Shown here piece by piece: positions 37,827 through 47,228 of a stretch of DNA of 47,228 bases. The position numbers and the translations under genes were made by a program. Positions within the stretch are counted from its first letter, which is position 1. Each line of letters begins with the position of its first letter. Under the pieces are notes generated by a model. That model searched no databases. It worked only from the letters and a program-made list of their open reading frames with translations, and had not been told where the DNA came from. The stretch comes from Octopus bimaculoides (lineage: Eukaryota), in the NCBI RefSeq assembly GCF_001194135.2, contig NC_068982.1, forward strand, positions 106,137,627 through 106,184,854. Reading direction: 5' to 3'.

Positions 37827-38814
37827 AAGAGGAAGAATGAGAGGGGGAAAAAATGATAGAGGAAGAGAAAGAGATAGAGTAGCGTCAGAAAATATGAAGT
37901 TACGAAAAACTACTNNNNNNNNNNNNNNNNNNNNNNNNNNNNNNNNNNNNNNNNNNNNNNNNNNNNNNNNNNNNNNNNNNNNNNNNNNNNNNNNNNNNNN
38001 NNNNNNNNNNNNNNNNNNNNNNNNNNNNNNNNNNNNNNNNNNNNNNNNNNNNNNNNNNNNNNNNNNNNNNNNNNNNNNNNNNNNNNNNNNNNNNNNNNNN
38101 NNNNNNNNNNNNNNNNNNNNNNNNNNNNNNNNNNNNNNNNNNNNNNNNNNNNNNNNNNNNNNNNNNNNNNNNNNNNNNNNNNNNNNNNNNNNNNNNNNNN
38201 NNNNNNNNNNNNNNNNNNNNNNNNNNNNNNNNNNNNNNNNNNNNNNNNNNNNNNNNNNNNNNNNNNNNNNNNNNNNNNNNNNNNNNNNNNNNNNNNNNNN
38301 NNNNNNNNNNNNNNNNNNNNNNNNNNNNNNNNNNNNNNNNNNNNNNNNNNNNNNNNNNNNNNNNNNNNNNNNNNNNNNNNNNNNNNNNNNNNNNNNNNNN
38401 NNNNNNNNNNNNNNNNNNNNNNNNNNNNNNNNNNNNNNNNNNNNNNNNNNNNNNNNNNNNNNNNNNNNNNNNNNNNNNNNNNNNNNNNNNNNNNNNNNNN
38501 NNNNNNNNNNNNNNNNNNNNNNNNNNNNNNNNNNNNNNNNNNNNNNNNNNNNNNNNNNNNNNNNNNNNNNNNNNNNNNNNNNNNNNNNNNNNNNNNNNNN
38601 NNNNNNNNNNNNNNNNNNNNNNNNNNNNNNNNNNNNNNNNNNNNNNNNNNNNNNNNNNNNNNNNNNNNNNNNNNNNNNNNNNNNNNNNNNNNNNNNNNNN
38701 NNNNNNNNNNNNNNNNNNNNNNNNNNNNNNNNNNNNNNNNNNNNNNNNNNNNNNNNNNNNNNNNNNNNNNNNNNNNNNNNNNNNNNNNNNNNNNNNNNNN
38801 NNNNNNNNNNNNNN

Positions 38815-39029
38815 TCAATAGATCGAGGGCGATTAATGTATACCTTTGACTTGAGGTATCCTCAGAGGAAAAAATCGCAAGGATTTAAATCAGGTGATCG
38901 GGCGGGCCAACCGATGTCACCACGCAATGAGATTAAATGACCAGGAAGCATCTCCCTCAAAATTCCCATCGCACGTCGAGAAGTGTGGGCTGTTGCCCCA
39001 TCCTGTTGAAACCAAACATTTTCCGTATC
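38815..39029 (-). pseudogene. DD41D (rosa-type) Tc1/mariner transposase catalytic fragment
   Basis: DTENVWFQQDGATAHTSRRAMGILREMLPGHLISLRGDIGWPARSPDLNPCDFFL*GYLKSKVYINRPRSI. There are 41 residues between the second and third D and one W-to-stop change. It runs into the gap. Confidence 0.9.
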
Positions 39030-39410
39030 GTGGAGCATAATTTATTTGTCTTTTATTAAACCTACAAATGTGTCAGATCATTTTGCCGGACCCTATATAT
39101 GTATGCATGCGTACAGGTTTAAATGTACATGTGTGCGTGCGTGTATCTATATGCACTTCTTTCTTTCTTTCTCTCTGATTCCTCTATCCACACTATCACA
39201 TTAGACCATTAGCCATTAGAATAAATACTTATAGAATAAATATTTATAGAAACTTGACCATTCTTAGTATTCTTCCCTTCCGCTTTGTGGTTTACTATTC
39301 ATTTTTGAAACCCTCCCTCCTATACCTTTTTCTGTACCCATCTCTTAATGGTATTCTGACATATCACCCCACCCCCACACACCTCACACATATTCATTAC
39401 TTACATTCTT

Positions 39411-39994
39411 ATCTCTTCCTACCCCTCTCCCATGCCCCTCTTAGTATCTTGACCACCAACTAACACTCTTTTTTCCTTTCCTTACACTTTTTCATTTTCT
39501 CTTCCTCTTTCTTTCCTTCTTTTTTCTCACCTTTTCCTCTGAACTCTCTCTTCATTTTAACATACATATCTCTTCTCCTTTCTCTATCCACTTAATACTA
39601 TCATTATATTCTCAAATTTTCATTCACACCACAACACCTCTTTGAATAAGCAGCACATGGAATCTACGTCTCCACACTTTCCATTTGTAATGACAAAATA
39701 TGAACTCTTATTGGAATTTACATACCTCGGACAGGAAGCATTTATACCACTTCTACACGCCACTTTCCTTTGATAATGGAACTGCAACTGTAACATCTTT
39801 ATACATTCTTATTTTTATCTCTACATCCCTTCTCCTATTTTCCTCTATACTCATTGTTTGCTCTTTTTCCAAAATAACTCCTATATTGAACGCTAATATT
39901 TCCCTCTATTTAACCATATCACATCGTCTCTGATGAAGGGATATCCCTAATATCCCAGAAACAGCTGTAAGACTAACTTTCTCTGTATAAATGT
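39411..39994 (+). mobile_element. Hammerhead-bearing repeat (Penelope pseudo-LTR-like), copy 2
   Basis: Inverted homolog of 37342-37826 with ~105 extra bp (about 39573-39677). Homology ends at ATAAATGT in both copies. Confidence 0.8.
39926..39973 (+). ncRNA. Minimal type I hammerhead ribozyme, intact core
   Basis: Stem I GTCT/AGAC; CTGATGA (39930-39936); stem II GGGATA/TATCCC; GAAA (39958-39961); palindromic stem III ACAGCTGT; GUA cleavage triplet (39967-39969). Confidence 0.8.
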
Positions 39995-40155
39995 CCTGTA
40001 AACTCCACACAGCTTTGGCTTTGTTGTCTCATTTTATTTAGCATATACATGTTCATACAAGATCCGCATTAGACTCCTCACTCGTATCATTATCGAACCG
40101 ATAGTTTAAGTACGGTTCTTCCATAGCACTTACATAGCGTTACCTGCCACCTTGG

Positions 40156-40213
40156 GTCTTCTGGATACCAATACCTCTTTAGTCTTCTGGATACCAATAC
40201 CTCTTTAGTCTTC
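40156..40213. repeat. Perfect 26-bp tandem duplication
   Basis: GTCTTCTGGATACCAATACCTCTTTA x2 followed by GTCTTC. Confidence 0.95.
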
Positions 40214-40745
40214 TTGAATGAAAAACACCGAAGAGGAGTAACTCTGGGCAGATTTAAAGCCATCGCTTTAACTAAAAATCAGTCAACAAAATTGACCGAG
40301 TTGCCCTATCAAATCACCCGGGTGGAATAAAATCAGCAGTATCAGCGCCAAGCAGTGATTAGGCATAAGCGAAATTTAGGTTGGTTAAAATACGCTTTGT
40401 GACATATTTCAACTTCTAATGGCAAATCCACTGCCGTTATTGTGAAGAAGAAATTCTCTCGTATGGTAGAAGGTATAAAAACACCATATCTGCTCAGTGC
40501 TATAATTCTATAATTTTTAACTAACATGTAACTCATCCATCATACGAATTTTTTGTAACCATAAAGATTTTCCCTGTTCACAATTGAATTAAAGTACCGT
40601 CCAGAAGAAACTGTAGCTACGCATTTCATTAGGTGCCTGGTTTTCCACGAGCTCATAGGAAGATTTTCCTATGAAAGCTTCAAACAAAACTGAACAGAAA
40701 ATTTCTTCGTGCTTGACAATAACATGAAACTTAAACAATTTATGT

Positions 40746-40965
40746 TAATAATCCTTTCTACTAAAGGCACAAGGACTGAAATTTTGGGGGAAAGAACAAG
40801 TCGATTACTTCGACCTCAGTGTTTCAGTGGTACTTAATTTGTCTACACCAGAAGGATGAAAGGCTAAATCGACCCCGCTAGAATTTGAACTGAGAACGTA
40901 AAGACGGACGAGATGCCGCTAAGCATTTTGCCCGGTATGCTAACGATTCTGCCTGCTCGTTGCCT
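40746..40965 (-). mobile_element. Full-length family D SINE
   Basis: Minus strand: AGGCAACGAGCAGGCAGAATCGTTAGCATACC...CAGTTCAAATTC...CCTTGTGCCTTTAGTAGAAAGGATTATT. Confidence 0.88.
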
Positions 40966-41286
40966 GCAATTTTTGTTAATAATGCAAACCGTATGCATTA
41001 AATGTATCTTAGAGGAAAAGTGAATATTCACAAAAATATAATTCCTTGGAACAAAAAAAAAAAAACAAAAGAAACAACAAAAATTCGGATAGGTCAATGA
41101 CTAAAAATTTCAACATGTTTGGATAAAGAAATCACGGAAAATACAAATAATAAAAGATGCATTTAATAAAATAATCATTCTTACAAAAAACTATAAAGGA
41201 AAAGGAGAAAGCTAAATGTTTCTAAAAATTGGCAAATGAACCAGCTTCATTGCATTAAATAACAGGGCTACAGTTCCAAGGAAATA

Positions 41287-41800
41287 GGCCCTGACTGCTT
41301 AACTCCAAAGACATATGCAAATAGTAAGTCAGCCGCATTCTTGAGCACTACCTCTCTAGAGAAGTAACAAATAACGATTACATTGTTATAATGGAAAAAG
41401 AAATATCAAGTGTAGATAAATATGAGCTTAAACTCTAACAAAATCTTTTAATACTTTTCAAAAGTTTCTTTTTTAAGTGCTTATGCTCCAAGAGTTGAAG
41501 GAAGGTATAATATATTCTAGCTATAAACGAGAAATAAAGCAGATTCTAAAGGCCAATATACAAAGTGGAAAATTATCAAAAACGTAGCAGGTGGAAAACT
41601 ATCACAGCTTCTACAATGTTAAGGCTAAATATTGAAACAGCTACCCGGTCATTCATATGTAAATCTGCTGCTTTGCAAGGCCTTCAACAAAGTTGATAAC
41701 TGAATGATAAACATCAGATGATTGTCTCGGAATAGTTAGAGAACTTCCTACGTCTACGATAAGGAAACACCATTGATGTGAATCAGAAACTCCATGTTAG
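41287..41800 (+). pseudogene. Highly decayed CR1/L2-like reverse transcriptase fragment
   Basis: GPDCL at 41287 and KAFNKVD at 41677-41697. The 390-nt spacing is about that between GPDG and KAFD in CR1-type RT. Many stops. Confidence 0.4.
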
Positions 41801-42303
41801 TGTGTCAGGATAGATAAGGAATTTAATAGCAAAATCTTTCAAGCACTTCCTTATAAACCATTTAATACATTGAAACCATAGGACAATGATATTTAGGAGC
41901 ATAGGACACTGCAAATCCAGGAGTCAGGGTGTGTGGCCTAGAGATTAAGAAGTGTTATGATATGTTATACATGCATGCAAAACTATGTGTGTATATACGT
42001 ACATGCACACATATATATGATATCTAAACACTCATACACACGCACTCTTACACACACACACACGCCTACATGCACACACACTCTTACACACACACACTCC
42101 TATACGCACACACACTCTTACACATACACACACACTCGTACATACACACATCTATATAATGACTAAGGTTCTGATCCAGCAGACATGTGACTTCTCAACT
42201 ATTCTTCATTTGGTCAGGGTGTGACGCAGTGGAGTTCAATCTGAAATCTCATATGGCTGAAACGAACTTCTTAACCGTAGGACCATGCTTGTGCCTCTCG
42301 CAT

Positions 42304-42410
42304 TTCTTCTTCTTCTTCTTCTTCTTCTTCTTCTTCTTCTTCTTCTTCTTCTTCTTCTTCTTCTTCTTCTTCTTCTTCTTCTTCTTCTTCTTCTTCTTCT
42401 TCTTCTTCTT

Positions 42411-42445
<35 letters not shown>
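42304..42445. repeat. Long perfect (CTT)n followed by (CT)n homopyrimidine tract
   Basis: About 36 CTT units, then (CT)n. Source of the poly-F/L/K/R ORFs. Confidence 0.97.
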
Positions 42446-42449
<4 letters not shown>

Positions 42450-43321
42450 ATATGTATGAATGTATGTATAAAAATATTTATTAATACACACACACATACA
42501 CACACATATATATATATATTACATTTGTATATATATATTTATATATTCTTTTATATATGTGTGTGTATACGCATACACGCTCGTACATACGCACAAAACG
42601 CACACATATATGTGTGAAGGTTACAGCAAGCTTGTGCAAATCTGGTTATTACAAAACGTTTGAAGAAAAACTAGAGACAAAACAATAAAATTTCATAGCA
42701 GAGTAATAAATGTTATGTTATATCTGTGATAATAGAAATTGTCGGTCAATTAGTTTGTTTGCAAGGTACATAAAATCAATGAAGTATGAATAAGAAAAAC
42801 GAACTCAGTGAACCATGGCCAGGTACACTGATGAAGTAAAGCGTACTTAAGTATACAAAGTCAATGAGGAATGTATAATTGCTTGAAATTAATGAAGAAA
42901 TATTTATGTGCAATATGTTTGCTTAATTTTCATTCGCGTATACACGCACGCGCATTCACACACATATACAATATATAAACATTCCTTGTTCGTGACACAG
43001 TTTCACATTATTTCTCGTTTCACGTGAAACTCAGAGTTTCTCTGCTATGAAATGGTAATGTTGCACACATAAATGTATTCTATCTTACGTATTGAGTACT
43101 GTTTGGTGCATAAGTTCTATTGAATCTATCGAACAACTAGGTGGTATGCACAAATACACGGTTCAATTCGTTGTATTTGTTTGCTTTTGCGATGTGTTGC
43201 TATCAGAATTTGAGGATGTTAGCAAGTGTAACAATTCTTTGTATTTTAGTAATAGAACTCTTTGTTTATCATGGGGTATGGTTTTCCCCTTCCACACACG
43301 CACACACACACACACACACAT

Positions 43322-43360
<39 letters not shown>

Positions 43361-43419
43361 TACAAAGCCATAATAAATGAATCTGTAATAGCTGAATCCT
43401 CTCCATGTACGTTGTAAAA

Positions 43420-43557
43420 GGAACAAATGGTAGATTCATTGATGCCAAATTCGTGACCCACAGCAGCGAAACTTTCATCGTAAAATATTTTCTTGATTTT
43501 CTCTAAAATTCACTCGCCTTCGATTTTTCATAGGATGAGGCGTCTTCGAATTTTTTT
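43420..43557 (-). pseudogene. Tigger/pogo-like transposase N-terminal HTH remnant
   Basis: KKIRRRLIL*KIEGE*ILEKIKKIFYDESFAAVGHEFGINESTI resembles KKxRKxxTLxEK...SxAAVGRxxGINESTV of CENP-B/psq-type HTH domains. Confidence 0.5.
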
Positions 43558-44019
43558 TCTTTTCATAGGCCCCTTGTTGATGGGTACAAGTACGTAGATC
43601 TGTATAAAAATATACGCTCGCAGCACAGTCATTTATACGCAAGCGATAGACTATTCATTCTGGGTAGCTGAGCATTTTGGGTGGTTTCCGGGGCGCATTT
43701 TTGCAGTAGAAGCGAAATCTTTGACCGATTACCAACCCATGTTACGCTTCTCACAAATCAATGCATGATAAGCGTACCATGGTTTACTACAGAGCGTATC
43801 GTGTTATCTCAGATCAGTGATAAATGAATCAGTAGTAAACACACCTACATGTACTCTATTTTATTATCTTTTTTAACAAGGCCTCAGGAGTTGGTGCGAA
43901 GAAGGAAAGAAAATATCTTCAAACCTGAGGCCTGATCCGAATGCTTGCGACATTGAACTTTAAAGGCAATTGTAGTGCCAAGTCGAGATGTTAAACCGAC
44001 GACGAAGTACTTTATAAGC

Positions 44020-44104
44020 CATTTCAGGATTTGAACTCAGAACGCAAAAAAGCCAGAATAGGTATCCAATCCGATGTACCAACAACTTTGCCAATCAACC
44101 GCCC
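44020..44104 (-). mobile_element. Diverged family D SINE head fragment
   Basis: GATTTGAACTCAGAACGCAAAA...AACAACTTTGCCAATCAACCGCC. Confidence 0.5.
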
Positions 44105-45049
44105 TAGAATGGTATATTTTTATCGAAAAATTATATAGGGCGAATTTGATTTCAGAGCGTAGAAAACTGGAACAAATACTACAAGACATTGTATCCGACG
44201 ATCATAACCAATTCATCATTAGTGTGTATGTGTGTGTGTTTGTGTATGTATGTGTGTGTGCACGCACGCGCGCGAACGTGTGCATGTGTCTATGTATGTG
44301 AGTGTGTAACAGTGTATTGCGATATATGATGTGATGTGGCCGTTAGAATTATTAATGTTGTAATTCGCTTGTCAATACAGTATAGTGTACTTCTGGTTCT
44401 TTGGGGATTTATATTAAGATACAAGTAACTGTCAGTTTTCCGCTATATATTTTTGTTATTTCCTTGTTTAGTTACTGCACGGTCGATTCTATTTCTGCTG
44501 TTTAAGTACCGGTACCGGGGCGATTCCTCTGAGATTGTCCTTAGCTGTAATCGGGCTGGCTATTTTAGTTACGTAGTTTCGGTTGTAATTCTTATGTTGC
44601 TTTTGGGTGTTTGTAAAATCATTTCTATGTAATGCAGTATCAATGTTGGTGATTATAGTCAGTGGCGCAGCTTCATGTGTGCCGTCCTGGTAGCCCTTTG
44701 GTTTGCCGTCTTTACCGGACTAATACAACATATACAAGCTTATACAACAGATCTCAAAGTATTGTTCCCATGAAAGCGTTGCCCGGGATGGACCGCCCGC
44801 ATGACACCCCAATCCTTGGTTACGCTATTGATCATGGTCTTATCTCATTCTGCGAAGTGTAATTTCATCTTTTGCTTTAGCGATTATTTTATGTTGTGTG
44901 CTTCAGCGAGGCCTTGTAATGATATGCAAGTGGTTAGAGAAAAGTGAGGGAATTGTTTAACATGGAGGTGTGTAGAACAGTAGGTGATGAACGGATAGGT
45001 TATTTGGATATGTATGCCTGTCGTTGTGAGTTGTTTATAATATAAAGGG

Positions 45050-45192
45050 CACTAGCGTAGCTAGAAGGGGGCGGTCCGCTCCGAGCGGCAACACTTTTGG
45101 GTCTGCTGTAGGCAATATTTATTTATGTGGGGGCCCGCGGACGGCAAATTGAAGGGCTGCCCCGGGCGGCACACACTCTAGCTACGCTAGTG
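45050..45192. mobile_element. hAT-type MITE (143 bp)
   Basis: Perfect 16-bp TIRs CACTAGCGTAGCTAGA / TCTAGCTACGCTAGTG. 8-bp TSD ATAAAGGG (45042-45049) / ATAAAGGC (45193-45200). GC-rich interior. Confidence 0.9.
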
Positions 45193-45476
45193 ATAAAGGC
45201 AGTTTAGTCGCAATGTTAAGTCACGTCCAGTGCTATGTGTCTTGGTTTTCCACCATCATTTAATACAGAAATTAACGTCACCATGATAGTAACTGGCTAT
45301 GTGTTATGGTACTGTGGCTCGTGCAAGAGAGTTAATGAGATTGGTAGAAATATGTATAAGTTTTATACATTAAGGAGTTTTTTTGTTGTTGGATTTTATC
45401 TGGTACACTTGCATTTCAAGTACATTGACGTGAACTTTTTATACTACTGGCGTGTTATATATAGTATCAATTCCTT

Positions 45477-45863
45477 CTGATGATGGCACTCCGTCGCTTA
45501 CAACGTCGAGGGTTCCAATTGATCCGATCAACGGAACAGCCTCCTTGTGAAATTAACGTGCAAGTGGCTGAGCACTCTACAGACACGTGTACCCTTAACG
45601 TAGTTCTCAGGGATATTCAGCGTGACACAGTGTGACCAGGCTGGCCCTTTGAATTACAGGCACAACAGCAGCAGGAAGTAAGAGTGAGAGAAAGTTGTGG
45701 TGAAAGAATACAGCAGGGTTCGCCACCATCCGCTGCCGGAGCCTTGTGAAGCTTTAGGTGTTTTTCGCTCAATAAACACTCACAACACCCGGTCTAGGAA
45801 TCGAAACCGCGATCCTTTAACCGCGAGTCCGCCGCCCTAACCACTGGGCCATTGCGCCTCCAC
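45477..45863 (-). mobile_element. Full-length family B SINE
   Basis: Collinear with 5301-5691. Perfect 11-bp TSD ATCAATTCCTT at 45466-45476 / 45864-45874. Confidence 0.95.
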
Positions 45864-47070
45864 ATCAATTCCTTACATAAGCAACAATAAACATATGAAT
45901 TCTCCCGCAAGTGTCGTTTGTTTTGTTTAGTTTTCTAAGGTGTAATCTAGAATTTAAGAGAAATACTTTTTGCATCCAGAATATTAGTGCTTGACTGAAG
46001 TGTTTCATGCCAAATATAAAGAGTCTTTTTTTTTTCTAAAAATAATAGTCAGGATAATCTTCGAACTTCTCTAGGCCAATGTTTGTTGATAAAATAAAGT
46101 GCATAGGTTGTGAGTCTGATTGTTGAAATTCTGCCAAGAGATGATCAAGCAATATGTTTATTATGTAGTTCAGGCTGCAACACAGAAGGCGTGACGAGAG
46201 AAGTAGAAGCTGCTTCGATATAATTTAGGGAATGTTACAATGTTCGGAACAGGAGCAGCAATAGTAGAGAGAAAACAAATTGTCTATGGACTAGTTATTG
46301 TAAATCCGTAGCGTGTTGATAAGTGAAATTTCGTAAATTACTTACAAACAGTCGAGAATATTTGTATGTGTATCAATTGCACCGTCTTAGCACTCTAAAC
46401 TCGGGTACATATGTACTTGGTAGAGAATTAGTAGCTGTTAAGAGCGAAGATATTCACTGGTTTTGAAGAGGCAGCCTAAACTTTAAGATGCACTACTGGT
46501 TATGTTATCGAAATAGTAAAAATCCTCTATGTACAATGAACTTAGAACTGGATTGACCCTGTAGAGGTGACCTTGCCTTTGAGATGCAGTATTTATTATG
46601 CTTTAAATGCTGTTGTGCCTTCTATATTCAGCGAATTTGACATAATTTTCTCTTCATGATGAGGATATGAAAATATGTATGAGGTGGATATGAGAATCTG
46701 TATTTCCTTGTTATTTGTCGTAAGTGTAATTTGTAATACGAGTTGAGGAATGAGATTTGGTTAGCATGTGGCTATTACAAAACGATGTCATTCATAATAA
46801 TAATAATAATGCTTGTCTGATAAAAAGTGCTTTAGATTCTGTGTAACACATACGCAGAAAAGGTGAAAAAAACCTAAGAGAGGTTTTCTCTCAATAGGAT
46901 TGCTTGAGGTTTGGAGTAGCAATGAAAAGACAACTGAGGCGAACCTGGGTGATAGAATATGAATCGAAAATTTGAACTACAATTGAGTGAAGCGGCAGTA
47001 AATTTCCAATCGAAGAGAAGAAAGGTAGATAGAACTCTTTGGAGGATAGGTATAGCTGGGGGTACTTTTA

Positions 47071-47196
47071 CCGGCGCATGGTTCCGGATTCTGTTCCACT
47101 GTGTGGCACCTTGGGCAAGTGTCTTCTGCTATAGCCTCGAGTCGATCAAAAGCCTTGTGAGTGGATTTGGTAGACGGAAACTGAAAGAAGCCCGTC

Positions 47197-47228
<32 letters not shown>
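47071..47228 (+). mobile_element. 5'-truncated family A SINE running into (TA)n at the window end
   Basis: CATGGTTCCGGATTCTGTTCCACTGTGTGGCACCTTGGGCAAGTGTCTTC...GAAGCCCGTCG. Confidence 0.88.

Noticed and set aside
42811-42850. CTGATGA followed by AAGTA/TACTT stem
   Set aside because: No GAAA, no stem I partner and no cleavage triplet. At best a decayed hammerhead.
44400-45040. Compositionally distinct segment suggestive of a decayed retroelement ORF (minus strand)
   Set aside because: No motif identifiable by eye.
45477-45483. CTGATGA word
   Set aside because: It is the (CAT)n tail of the minus-strand SINE next to its TSD, with no ribozyme stems.

Overview
This is AT-rich eukaryotic intronic/intergenic DNA from a draft assembly, with 13 N-gaps totalling about 5.4 kb, most flanked by microsatellites. 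The repeat content (tRNA-headed SINEs, dense TA/CA/AAT/GAT microsatellites) looks like an Octopus/coleoid cephalopod genome; that taxon call is inference. Nearly all ORFs in the supplied track are artefacts of gaps or simple repeats. Supportable features: about 20 SINE copies or fragments from five families (labelled A-E here), an internally deleted Hsmar1-like mariner, a DD41D (rosa-type) transposase fragment, a hAT MITE, a Tigger-like MITE, and decayed RTE and CR1/Jockey-like LINE pieces. There is also one strong candidate exon (14309-14500, +) and two weaker frame-compatible ones, which could encode a divergent cadherin-like domain. The most interesting signals are structured-RNA ones: an intact minimal hammerhead ribozyme (39926-39973) inside an inverted ~0.5 kb duplication, a second hammerhead with a variant core (24183-24219), a 65-nt motif of three interlocked helices abutting hammerhead core words (15977-16050), two microsatellite-containing foldbacks, and a GTC(R)-N4-(Y)GAC 3' hairpin shared by three SINE families and the RTE remnant. 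No database searches or folding programs were run; all calls are by eye.
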